DNA of 63,676 nt, filler included, from Stramenopiles sp. TOSAG23-3 (GCA_900128585.1; 5 parts of 5 records of this genome joined end to end with filler, not necessarily neighbours in it), one strand, 5' to 3'. Counted from the first letter of the whole stretch, positions 1-10,841 are shown. A program made the numbers and translations. Notes: a model not told the origin generated them from the sequence alone.

Positions 1-79
1 CATGTAAATTGTATTATTTATTTATTAGACGACTACGTGTATTTATTAGCTATAATTTGTTGTTTCTTTCTTCTTCTTT
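1..79. repeat. 79-bp perfect inverted repeat at contig 1 start (partner 15312-15390)
   Basis: 1-79 is the exact reverse complement of 15312-15390; identity breaks at position 80. Confidence 0.95.
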
Positions 80-121
80 CGGTGCCTGGTTCGTAACAAA
101 AAAAACACTTCTTCTTGAAAA

Positions 122-153
<32 letters not shown>

Positions 154-409
154 AGAAAGTCAGCACATTCTCATCATTTCTATTATTACCTAAAATAAAT
201 ATAATAATATTATAATAAATAATAATAACAATATTTTTTATTTTATTATTATTATTATTTTCATTCTTCTTTCGTTCTTATTTATTGTTAATACTAGATA
301 TTATCCGTCTATACGATTTTCGAGCTGAAATTGCTTTAACCATTCATTTTAATCATGGATGTACCTATACAATATCTGTATATACTGCTACACAGAAATT
401 ATTGGAAAC

Positions 410-1297
410 ATGCCTTTTGTCCTCAAAACCGTGGCTGCACTAATGGTGGCGGTGGTAATGTCTTCCTCGGCGACTGCCTCGGTCGAACCGGTGTACTCCA
501 TGGGCTACATCTGGCGGAACACGACGGAGAAAGCGAACGCACCTGTGGCGTCGCTTGACCTCTCGGCTGGCGCTGTCCCCCAAGTACTGGACTGGCGCAC
601 GAAAGGCGTCGTAACACCAGTCAAAACCCAGGGGCATTGTGGCTCGTGCTGGGCGTTCAGCGCGGTGGAGACTGTCGAATCGGCACTGGCGATCGCCACA
701 GGCCAACCCCCTGTGCCGTTGTCTGTCGAGCAAATCCTTGTGTGCTGTTCGACGCTCGTTGGTTCGCAGTGCTCATCGTGCATGGGCGGCGATCCCATTG
801 CGGCCTATCGATACATACAGACAAACTCGTCGGGCCTTGACGCTGACAAGGACTACCCCTATGATCCTACCACAAACCCTTTCAAGCCTCCAATGTGCAA
901 GGCCAACTCAAGCAAGCCTGTGGCAAAGGTCACGTCGTGGTCCTATGCCGTGCCACGCTGCGTTCGTGGCCCATGCTCGCCAAGCGAAAGGAGCGCCGAG
1001 GAGCAGGCGCTGGTGGCTGCAGTCGCGCAGCATGTACCAGTGTCTATATGCATCATGGCATCGAAGAGCTTTATCAATTACAAGTCGGGTGTATACAATG
1101 GGCCCTGTGCAAGCGCAGTGATCCAGCAAAACCACTGCGTCAGCATTGTGGGCTACAATGTCGAGGACAAGTACTGGCTGGTGCGAAACACATGGGGCAC
1201 GAACTGGGGTGAGGACGGTTACATCCGCATGGCAATGGGAAGCAACTTGTGTGGCATCACCAACGAAGCCACAATTGTCAACGTGACCCAGGCGTGA
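410..1297 (+). CDS. Papain-family (C1A) cysteine protease, secreted, with very short pro-region
   Basis: Signal peptide MPFVLKTVAALMVAVVMSSSATA; mature start VPQVLDWRTKG; catalytic motifs QGHCGSCWAFS (Cys), NHCVSIVGY (His), RNTWG (Asn). ATG at 410. Confidence 0.95.
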   Translation: MPFVLKTVAALMVAVVMSSSATASVEPVYSMGYIWRNTTEKANAPVASLDLSAGAVPQVLDWRTKGVVTPVKTQGHCGSCWAFSAVETVESALAIATGQPPVPLSVEQILVCCSTLVGSQCSSCMGGDPIAAYRYIQTNSSGLDADKDYPYDPTTNPFKPPMCKANSSKPVAKVTSWSYAVPRCVRGPCSPSERSAEEQALVAAVAQHVPVSICIMASKSFINYKSGVYNGPCASAVIQQNHCVSIVGYNVEDKYWLVRNTWGTNWGEDGYIRMAMGSNLCGITNEATIVNVTQA

Positions 1298-1299
1298 GA

Positions 1300-1750
1300 A
1301 GGAAGTAAATTTAAGTTAAATAACAGCCAATTTTTTGTTTAGGGGGAGGAGGAAATTATAAAAACTGTTTATAAATTTTGTATCTTACCTCTCTACTCTT
1401 AAAGTCAGGTCTGTCAACGTACATAATTATTAAAAAAAACTAATGATGAATATATAGTATTTGTTATTAAAAAATTTTAAAACATTATCAAGCTTCGTAA
1501 TGCCATTTTCAATTCTTTAAATAATAAGTCTCACAACTTTATTACGCATTCTCTGTGTTTCTTTTTTTTTATGTCTTGTGAGTCTGTCTACAAATATGGT
1601 ACATGAAGACGATAAGTTTTTTGTGAGGAAGCTAAATTTAATTACTTAAATAACAGCCAATTTTCTTGCTTTTTTATAAGTTTTTTGTTTTTATAAATAA
1701 CAGCCAATTTTCTTGTTTTTAAATAACAACAGCCAATTTTTTGTTTTTAC
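1300..1750 (+). repeat. Cluster of four copies of the AAATAACAGCCAATTTTCTTG element between convergent genes
   Basis: Copies at ~1300-1340, 1628-1680, 1694-1720, 1721-1750; further copies at 5335-5370(-, degenerate), 14883-14932, 36051-36085, 56489-56520(-). Confidence 0.85.
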
Positions 1751-1798
1751 TCTACGAATTAACTTTTTTTCTTCTTCCCTTGGAAGCGCGCGCGCGCA

Positions 1799-4700
1799 CT
1801 AAAACGACAAAAAGGCCTGCGACAATGCCTCGACCAGCGCTATCGATCCGCTGCGAAAGAAAATTTGGGAGAGGTTGATCGCAGCGGCACGGACTATCGG
1901 CTCTTCCCAGTCCTTGTATTTTGGATCGTTGGCGTCTTTTAACGCCTTGACAGTCACAATGGCACATAGCAAATCTTTCAACGTGCGCTTTTCTTCGCTC
2001 CCGAGAATTGCCCGGATGTAACAGGGCTGGGCCATATAAAACAGACTGATGTCTTGGTACCCCCGTCCTAAATTATACCACGTCTCTCTTACGCACGAGG
2101 TTGGCAATTGCCCAGAATCGGTGCGGGGGGCGACCCTCCTCCGCGCGCGCATGTACACCTGGAACATTGCGAACGTCGACAAAACCACGCCATGTCTGTC
2201 ACACATTTTATTCGACAGTGAAGCTTGCAGCCCGTACACGGCGCCCAGAAGGTGGAGCAAAGCATTTTCTGTATTTTCAGAGATGCGTTCGCACGTTATC
2301 TCGCACGCCTTTCTGCGCGCAATTGCGGAGCAGGCCATGCTTTCCGCCCGCATGACACAGAGCGCGTTCAGTTCGAACTGCTCCCTGGAGGTCAGCGCGG
2401 CCCCCTTTTCCTTTGCCTCTTTTGCAGTCTGCCCGTACATCCGTGCGATTGCTCGTTTAAAAGGCTTGTATATTCCACTGGTATACATGAATCGATTCAG
2501 AATCAGGCATTTGTCCAAATCAGTGTTGTTCACAAGAAATTGGCGGGCGCAGAGGTACAGCGTTTTTGAACACGGCACGATGGCTTTGCCCGACGCCCTC
2601 GCCGAGTCAAACGCAAGCAAGTACGCGCGCCGGCTCTTCAGCATAAGGGGCGATGTGTTGGACATATTGGAAAAAGTAACCAAATACTCGTAGCACGTTA
2701 GCGCCAACGGGTACTCCTTTATTTGCTCCGCTGCTTTCGCAAGCACGTGGATCGCCCTGTTCAGCTTGTCGTTGCCGAATCGATTGATCGCAAGCCCGTC
2801 TGACGAGGTGCAGAACGAATAGATAAGTCCGTCGCACTCCTTTTTGTGTTTGAGCAAAAATGGGGATGAGCCTGGGGCGAAAGCGCCATTTACCAGCGCG
2901 GGAACGAGCCCCCGAAACGCCCGGGCTGCGCTGTCGCACACAGTCTCTCGCGCGAACGCCAAACCATCGGTGAAGTAATTGGCCGGTAGGCCATGGCGAA
3001 TACCACCCAAATAGTCGTTGGCCAAATCCGTTCTTTTCACGAAAAACATGTCTCCTTTCATGCGCTTCACGACTTCGTCGTAGCGATGCTTGAACGGGGG
3101 CGCGTGCATGTACTCGATCATGGCGCGCACTGTCGGTGGCAACAGCGTGTACAACATATCGAATGGGTCCGCTGTAAACTTCCCGTCTTCCGCAACAAAA
3201 CTGTCCAAAATGTCCGACATAAACTTTAAAATTTTTGTGCTGTCCCGTCGCTGTTTTGTATTGGGGTACCGTTTCATCTTGTGCCCCAATTGCTTGAGCG
3301 GCCGTGGGGCTGAGGGCGTCAAGCGAGGACCCGAGATGACTTCCATCGCCTCCGTGTCTGGGAGCCACTGGTCCAATGAGCTTGCGACAGCGTCGATCCC
3401 CGCGCGTTCGCTCTCCGGCTCCGTTTCCTTCATGCCTTCTATTTTATTACGGAGGAATTGGGCGCAGCGCCTTAATCGCCCTGCGTCCCTCGGTCCCAAA
3501 TTCAACGCCTGCGCCGCCAGCCTACTGTACATTTCCGCCTCCTTCGTGTAGTCGTTGTAACGACTGTATGAATCTGCCCGCATGAACAAGATCCTGACAT
3601 CTTGGGAATATTCAGACAGCGTATCCAGTCGTTCAAAGGCGAACATTGCCCGCCGCGGCATTCCCAGCTCGCTGAACGTGTTTCCGACAAACTCAAAAAT
3701 GGACGCAAACTTGCCAGCCTCCTCCCGCGGCGTTTGGTACAGACGTGCAATCCGCATCATCCCTTCGCCAGTGCTGCCAACGGCGAACTTGCACAGACCG
3801 TGCCGAACGGACAGCTCAAGGGGCAACAAGAACGGTTCTTCTGCCAAGGACAACAACGGCTCACCCTTCCTTTTCCGTTCCGAGTTGTGGACAGTATGGT
3901 GTACATACCTGCACAAGTCCGTGTACTTTATGCCTACCTTGTACTTTCCGTCCTTCACGCAGTGGCCAACAACCATATTCAACGCATCGAAGTCTCTCCC
4001 TAGCTCCTTGATGCCCTCCTCTCTGTGCCGGGCTTGCAGGGACGTCAACGGCACCTCGTCGCTTTCTTCTTCTGCGGCCCCCGTGCCGAATCTGTGAAAG
4101 CCATTCTTTTTCAGGGCTTTCATGTGGGGGCAAAGGCGGCCCCAAAACTTAAAGAGGGTCTCCTTTGCGATCTGAAACGCCTTGAAGGGTTTTGAGTAAT
4201 CTGCATAGCACCCGCTTAGGCGAATGCCAGCCTCCAGCGACTTTTCTGCGAGGTATATGGGCTCCAATGTGTTGATTGCGCGCTTGGTGTGTCCACCCTG
4301 GCTTTGGCAATACGCTTTGTCGTACGCCGCGTTTACGTCCTTGTTGTCTCTCTTGAGCGCATGGTTAAAGCACGAGGACGCCATTTGCCACTTTTTGCAC
4401 ATCACCAAAAGGCGCCCCGCATTCTTGAACAGCATGGCGTCCGTGTGCGTGTTCAAGGCGGCAGTGTAGAAGCAACTTGCCGCTTTCTCCAACCTCCCTT
4501 CTTCTTCGTGTATCAGCCCCATGGTGTGCCACGGGTCTGCGGCTCCTGGGCACTGCCGAACGACTTCGGCCAAGATCTTCAACGATTCCGCGTAATTTTT
4601 TCTGCATGTAATGCGTGTTCGCTTTGCCCATCAGATCGTCAGTCCCCTTCGGCAAGGTTTGGGCGTATTTCTGCTTGCTGTAGCCATTTTTTACCACGCG

Positions 4701-4952
4701 CCGCTTGCGCCGTTTCTTTCTTCTCATGTCCTCGGCTTTCGCGACCTCCTCGAAAACCGCCGCGTGCTCCTTTGTGTTCTTCCATGCCAGAGGAACAGTG
4801 CCAGACGATTCCCCGCCACCCCCAGGGCTGTCGCTAGACTCGCCAGACTTTCGTTTCTTCCGCGCGCCTTCCAAAAGCCCCTTCTTGCTCAGCGACAAAC
4901 TCTCCACCACGCCCAGCGAGTCCACCCTGTCTGAGGGCCCACTGTCCGTCAT
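1799..4952 (-). CDS. GTF3C3: TPR protein, transcription factor IIIC subunit (Tfc4/TFIIIC102); 1-nt frameshift at 4596-4601
   Basis: Joining ORFs 4365-4964 and 1799-4582 by removing one A gives LMGKANTHYMQKNYAESLKILAEVVRQCPGAADPWHTMGLIHEE, the typical first TPRs. C-terminal ETWYNLGRGYQ...RAAAINLSQIFFRSG resembles the family end. Confidence 0.85.
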
Positions 4953-5479
4953 GCTGTCCTCCACAAAAGCTTAACTACGCTGGGTCCATTAAAACTATAC
5001 TGATGACGGCTGCAAATTTTCTATCCGATAAACCAAGGGCTTTTGTTTTTTCCTTTTTTTATGTCTGGGTGAGCCGCTTAAAACCGTTCGATTGCGTTGT
5101 GTGTTTCTTTCTTTCTTCCCTTTTTCATTCTGCCCTTCTCTTTCGCCTCTTTTGTATAGACACATTTTGGAAAAGGTGACATCTCGTTTTTTTTTTTTTC
5201 TAATTTATTAATTATTATTAGGGGTACGTACACCTACACCTGACGAAAAAATAACTATAAAAGTATATAGGACATAAAATATTTAGCATACAACCACTTT
5301 TTCCCAAACGTATTAATTATTACGCAATTAATTTAAAAAAACAAAAAATTGGCCCAGTTGTTATTTAAGTAAAGTAATGAAAACTAATCTTCCTCGTATT
5401 ATGTACCGCGAAAATGAATCTGCTCCTTTTGAGTCCAATACTCAAGTCGTACTCTTAACTTTTACACGGTAAATAATAT

Positions 5480-6406
5480 TTATACGTAATTAATTACCTT
5501 TTTTTGCTTTTTGTGAACGGGTTCGTGGTGGTGGTCGTCTCGAGAGTCTGCCCTAGAACGCCCACGGCGCGAGTTTCGTTCTGCACTGTACCTCAGTTCC
5601 AAAAAGCCCAATCCTCGCTGCTCTTGCACATCAAATTCTGTGTACGACACCCAAAACTGCCCATCGTCGCCTTCTTCTTCAATTTCTGCTTTGTACCAAA
5701 GGTTGTCTTTCGAGTACATGCTATCGACCACACTGTTCGGGGTATGTAAATGGCGGATGGGCTCATTGCGCTTCGCTCGGTTCCTGGTGTCTTCGTAGCC
5801 TTCTAATAGTTTTAAATTTGCTTTCATGGCCTCTATTGGGATGCGAGGTATGTGCATTGCACAGTAAGAGTTTCCCCCTAACAGCGATTCCGTTAACTCT
5901 CCCAACGGCAAAAGTGTTTGCTTCTGAAACCCGACGAACACAGGCTCATAATCCGCTACTAAGTTTTTCAACCAGTTCCACAACTCGTTGTGGTGAACGC
6001 CCAATCTTAAATACAAAGCACCGGCCAGCCGTATGTACGGCGAATCATAGTGGTTGAGCAAAGTCTTCATCTGTGTGCTAGAAACGCCCATTTTCAGAAG
6101 CTTGTAAAGTATGCATGTCAGCTCGCTCGGTTCCGTCTTTGCCTCGTTAGAGTACAGGTCTGCGTGCGCGACATGGTTGTAAATTTCGTCGATAGTTTTA
6201 TTAAAGTCTAAGTTTCTTTCTATCGACTTGTAGAATTTGGACTTCGAAACTTTGAAATGCAATGAACCAGACAAATTGAATTGCTTGTTTAACTGTATGG
6301 GCAATGTTTTGTGCCCCGTTGGGATTTGTTCCTCTACGGCCGCGTTCCCTTGTTTCTCCAAGATGGCCTGGCGCTTTTGGCGGTGAATTTCGGCCGCTCG
6401 TGACAT
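5480..6406 (-). CDS. PRP38-family splicing factor (PRP38B-like) with C-terminal Tudor domain
   Basis: CILYKLLKM...LLNHYDSPYIRLAGALYLR is a PRP38 signature; SMYSKDNLWYKAEIEE...FWVSYTEFDVQEQ is an SMN-type Tudor pattern. Confidence 0.85.
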   Translation of the reverse strand: MSRAAEIHRQKRQAILEKQGNAAVEEQIPTGHKTLPIQLNKQFNLSGSLHFKVSKSKFYKSIERNLDFNKTIDEIYNHVAHADLYSNEAKTEPSELTCILYKLLKMGVSSTQMKTLLNHYDSPYIRLAGALYLRLGVHHNELWNWLKNLVADYEPVFVGFQKQTLLPLGELTESLLGGNSYCAMHIPRIPIEAMKANLKLLEGYEDTRNRAKRNEPIRHLHTPNSVVDSMYSKDNLWYKAEIEEEGDDGQFWVSYTEFDVQEQRGLGFLELRYSAERNSRRGRSRADSRDDHHHEPVHKKQKKVINYV

Positions 6407-7114
6407 TTTCTACTGAAAATAGTCACTGTTGACGACGTCGTTGCAAGGAATACGTTCGCGCTAAGTCAGGTCTTGTATTAGAGCTTGGGGCAACCCTTTT
6501 CAGACTCAAACAGCGTCAGAGTAAATTAATTTTCTCCCTTTGGTAATTTGCATTTTACATATACACCTCGTCGTAATTTTTACCTCGAGGTTTTTTACAA
6601 TAATTTATTGTTGTTGAGGAGATTGATGGTGTTGGTGGTGCTGATGATTCTTTCTGATTCCTATTGTGTAGCTGTATATGTTGTAGATAGATACATTAGA
6701 ATACAATATAGTACATTAATGAACCAATTACAAACCCAATGCTTTGTGTATGTTAATAAATGTTAATAACATTACACAGCATTGTAACTATAAGAAAGAA
6801 TGAATTTTGAGGAGAGGTTCTATTTCCGAAGAAACAGGAGGAGGAAGGGAAGAGGGGGAGAGGTTTGGAGGGATTTGATATTGAATACTACTTCCTTGTT
6901 ATTCCTATGTTGTATTAATATTAGGAATGGATTTTCCAGACTTCGTTTTTTTTGTTTGTTATTTTGCTGCTACTTCAGTATTAATATTATATAAATACCA
7001 AAAGTAGTCGTTCTAGTTAAACAGTAGACCACAAGACGACCGACGGATTTTTAATTTTTTGGAAATTGCAAACGATTCTACCGGCTTCTACACCTTTCTT
7101 AAAGTTGTTTTTAA

Positions 7115-7216
7115 ATTTTGTATCGAAACCTTAGTTTCTATTTGACATTGTTGAAAATATCACGAATTTTGTATCGAAACCTTAGTTTCTATTTGAGATT
7201 GTTGAAAATACCACGA
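7115..7216 (+). repeat. 51-bp tandem duplication directly upstream of ATG 7217
   Basis: ATTTTGTATCGAAACCTTAGTTTCTATTTGA(C/G)ATTGTTGAAAATA(T/C)CACGA twice, 2 mismatches. Confidence 0.9.
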
Positions 7217-8104
7217 ATGACACACTTCGCGACGTTGCTTACAGTTATTGTGGCACTTCTGTGCCTAGGCGCTTCCGCGCTGGAACGGACCGAGTCCTCG
7301 AAAGTGAAAGAAGATCCAATGATACAGAAGAGAAAAAAATTTAAGAGCAAAGCTCACTTTAAGAAATACAACATACGCTTCCGTTCGAAAAAGGAGAATG
7401 TTAAAAAAGTCACTGCAAGGAACCCTTGCGTCCGCCATCTGCCCATGGAAGGGGGCGAGTTACAGTTTGATTTTTTCAACGGAAAAGCATACGAAATGGA
7501 AAGCGTCGATGCTATTGACGGACGACCGGCGATTTACATGAAGTCGGGTGGCTCGAACGTTTTTAGTACTCACTGTGTGGACGGGGCTAGCAATGAAAGG
7601 AAGACTTTGGTATGCAACATTCTCAATTCGAACAAATGTGAGTATAATAATAAGGCCAGCTATAATTTTGCGGTTATCGCGAAGTCTACGGACGGTGAAA
7701 CGAAAAAGATGTGCGTTAATATATGTTTGAAATGCCCGAAAGGCACCCAATGTGAAGGTAATGCTAGGCGGTACAACACCAACATTATAGAAATGGACCA
7801 GGGGACCGAAGAATGCGATAACGTGTGCGATAAGGAAAATCTTATTGATTTCGCTAATAAGCCCATCGGCTCAGGTTCTGGTTCAGGTTCCGGCTCAGGT
7901 TCTGGTTCAGGTTCAGGTTCAAAATACAAAAAGCTCAGTGTTGAAAACAAAAAGCTCCGTGTTGAAAACGAAAAGCTGAGGCCGCGCCAGAGGGCGGGGA
8001 AGCGCCGACGGAGGCCGCGCCAGAGGGCGGGGAAGCGCCGACCAAATACTAACGTACAAAAAAGAAGACGCCATCTCCTCCAAGGTACTCACGAAGGCTG
8101 CTAG
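7217..8104 (+). CDS. Secreted Cys-rich protein, tandem family copy 1 (C-terminal RRRHLLQGTHEGC)
   Basis: Signal peptide MTHFATLLTVIVALLCLGASA; basic segment; 10-Cys domain starting NPCVRHLPMEGGELQFDF; in-frame GS-repeat/basic insertion before the tail. Confidence 0.85.
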   Translation: MTHFATLLTVIVALLCLGASALERTESSKVKEDPMIQKRKKFKSKAHFKKYNIRFRSKKENVKKVTARNPCVRHLPMEGGELQFDFFNGKAYEMESVDAIDGRPAIYMKSGGSNVFSTHCVDGASNERKTLVCNILNSNKCEYNNKASYNFAVIAKSTDGETKKMCVNICLKCPKGTQCEGNARRYNTNIIEMDQGTEECDNVCDKENLIDFANKPIGSGSGSGSGSGSGSGSGSKYKKLSVENKKLRVENEKLRPRQRAGKRRRRPRQRAGKRRPNTNVQKRRRHLLQGTHEGC

Positions 8105-8766
8105 TCTCTCACGGTGTGATAATCAATAATGTCCTCGCCATTCGTTTTATATTATAAATTTGAATATATATAATTTGTTTTTTTAATATAAATGTGAAAA
8201 ATCGGAATAATTCTCTCAACTCTCAAGAGTGTTTTCGAACAATCAAAATTCATTCTGTTTTTTTCTGTTTCCCAAAAAAAATACATTGCTCTCGTTCTAA
8301 TAATAAATACCATGTCCCATAGTATACTGTAGCAAATTCACCTATCATAGTAGGAAGGAACTAATATCAACGGCGGACGATGAGGCCTCGATCAAGTTTC
8401 CTTTTGGGGGAGGGAGGGGAAAAGGGGGGGAGGATTTTTTGAGTTTTGACTGCTTCCTTGCTATTCTTACTTTGTATAGATTTAACAAGGGAATTAGCAG
8501 CTACATAGTAGTTATAGCAAACAACAGAGACTTCGTTAATAACAGAAGCAGTACGGTAGGTAGAATAATACAGGAACACACACAATCGGTTCTTTCCGAT
8601 TGCTTTAGTTAGTTGGAAAGGCTTCTTGCAATCCACTCCGAGATAGGCACCAACTTTTTAAAGTGGTTGAAAGTGCACGTCATACCTGCTTCTCGCAAGT
8701 TTGAAACTGGCGAGATTATTGCATTGAAGCGTTCTTTTCTATTTTACTTTATTCCAAACGTCGCAG

Positions 8767-9546
8767 ATGAAACGTTTTGTTACATTGCTTGTAGTCGTTG
8801 CGGCACTTCTGTGCCTAAGCGCTTCCGCAGCAAATACGCAGGGGTTTTGGAAGAAGGCTAAGAAGTCCCTAAAAAAAATTAAAAAAGTCAGTGCAAACAG
8901 GCCAGACAAAAAAAGGATCCCACCACAAGTAAAAAAAGCCATAACAAACGTCATTTCTAAGGCGCAACATTTTATAAACAGGCCAGACATAAAAATGCTC
9001 CCACTACAGTACCTTTCGAAACAAGTATTGAATGTGAAAGTAGTCAAAGCAACGAACAAGTGCGTCAAGCACCTGCCCATGGAAGGCGGCGAGTTGCAGT
9101 TTGATTTCTCTTCTTTCGACGGAAAAGGGTACACTTTGAAAGGCGTCGATAATATTGACGGGAATCCCGCTATTTACACAAATCCAGAGAGTGACGTGAA
9201 CGTCCTTAGTACTCGCTGTGTGGATGGGAGTGCTAAAGAAAAGGCCTCCTTAGTATGCAAAATTCTTAATTCGCCAGCTAATGATTGCACGTATAACAAA
9301 AAGAATAGGTTTGCGTTTTCTATTGTCGCCAAGTCTTCGGAGAATGAAAAGAGAATGTGCGTCAATATATGTTTACAATGCCCGAACCATTTAAACTGTG
9401 CTGCTCAATCGAAGCGGTACTACACCAAAGTAATGGAAATGGGAACAGGCGATGCATGCACAGACGTGTGCGACAAGAATATTGCGTTAGCTAATGTACA
9501 AAAAAGAAGACGCCGTCTCCTCCAAGGTACTCACGAAGGCTGCTAG
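8767..9546 (+). CDS. Secreted Cys-rich protein, tandem family copy 2 (C-terminal RRRRLLQGTHEGC)
   Basis: Signal peptide MKRFVTLLVVVAALLCLSASA; Lys-rich segment; same 10-Cys domain (NKCVKHLPMEGGELQFDF); 3' end and flank nearly identical to copy 1. Confidence 0.9.
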   Translation: MKRFVTLLVVVAALLCLSASAANTQGFWKKAKKSLKKIKKVSANRPDKKRIPPQVKKAITNVISKAQHFINRPDIKMLPLQYLSKQVLNVKVVKATNKCVKHLPMEGGELQFDFSSFDGKGYTLKGVDNIDGNPAIYTNPESDVNVLSTRCVDGSAKEKASLVCKILNSPANDCTYNKKNRFAFSIVAKSSENEKRMCVNICLQCPNHLNCAAQSKRYYTKVMEMGTGDACTDVCDKNIALANVQKRRRRLLQGTHEGC

Positions 9547-9828
9547 TCTCTCACGGTGTGATAATCAATAATGTCCTCGCCATTCGTTTTATATTTATCA
9601 TTAACATATATATTATATATATAAATGTGAACAGAGTCTTAAAACATACTATATATTTTGTTTTATAAATGTGAACATATAATTTATTTATTTTTTATAT
9701 AAAATGTGAAAAATCGGAATAATTCTCTCAACTCTCAAGAGTGTTTTCGAACTATCAAAATTCATTCTGTTTTTTTCTGTTTCCCAAAAAAAATACATTG
9801 CTCGATCAGAACCGTTCTAATAAGTACC

Positions 9829-10608
9829 ATGTGTCGGAAAGGGAAGAGGAATGTTGTGAAGCTCGTTGCGAAGGAGATTAGAGAGTCCCGGAAGATAAAC
9901 ATCTCTGAGAAGAAGAAAATAGAATTAATCAAAAAAATTCAGCAGATGAGGCAAAAAAAAAACCTGACTGGAATACAATGGGACAAAAAAATAAAGCAAG
10001 TCGTCCTCATGGTTAAACACTTTCAGGGCAGGAAAGACTTAAAAAAGTTCGGAGTAAACTTCTTTTCGAAAGCGCCGCTGAAGCAGAGAGAAGTCAAGGC
10101 AACCAACCCTTGCGCCAAATGACTCCCGATGGAAGGCGGTGAAATGCAGTTTGATTTTTTCAACGGAGAAAGGTATGCCGTGAAAAGCGTCGACGATGTG
10201 GAAGGACACTCTGCGATTTTCCTGGGACGCACGGAGAATGATGTGAACGTTGTTAGCACTCGCTGTGTAAATGGGACTGAGTACGAAAAGGACTCCTTTG
10301 TGTGCCGACTGCTTAGTTCGAGGACATGTCGGTATAAGCAGAAGGGCAGGTTTTCGTTCAGAGCCGTCGCTCAGTCTACGGGGTTAAAACGGAAAGCCCT
10401 GTGCGTCAATGTATGCTTACAATGCCCGGGCCATCTTGCAACATGTAGCAATACCTCAAAGCGGTACTTCACCAATGTAGTAGAAATGGGAGCCGAAGAT
10501 GCCTGCGCGGACGTGTGCGATAAGAACATTGCGCTGGCACAACTGTGTGACAAAAAGAACCTTCAACAACGCCGTAGACTCCTCCAAGGTACTGATCAAG
10601 GCTGCTAG
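9829..10608 (+). pseudogene. Tandem family copy 3 with in-frame TGA at 10120-10122 and no signal peptide (pseudogene, or recoded TGA)
   Basis: NPCAK*LPMEGGEMQFDF aligns with copies 1 and 2; the frame after the TGA is intact to RRRLLQGTDQGC; the 5' end abuts sequence duplicated from 8188-8315. Confidence 0.65.
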
Positions 10609-10841
10609 ACCCAGGCCACATACAAAAAGTAAAAAGAGAACATTTTTGTCTCCCTGGGTAGAGATATGCATAATGACTGGAGGGTAAAATCACTCCGGAC
10701 TGCCCGAAAAGCAGGTAACGTTGGTTAAGAATTAATTTTCGATGGATGTTCACAAAAGCAAAATGATAAATTAAATGAAAGAAAAAGAAAAACAAAGAGT
10801 GGTTTTTACAATCAAATGAAAACATTTAAGTAGTATTTACT

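Noticed and set aside
10120-10122. Genome-wide reassignment of TGA (alternative genetic code)
   Set aside because: TGA terminates well-conserved genes here (protease 1297, VPS26C 14679, CFAP300), and Trp is encoded by TGG.
10677-10715. Twin hairpins as a ribozyme or riboswitch
   Set aside because: They lack hammerhead (CUGANGA/GAAA), HDV, twister and TPP consensus elements; kept only as a weak SECIS candidate.
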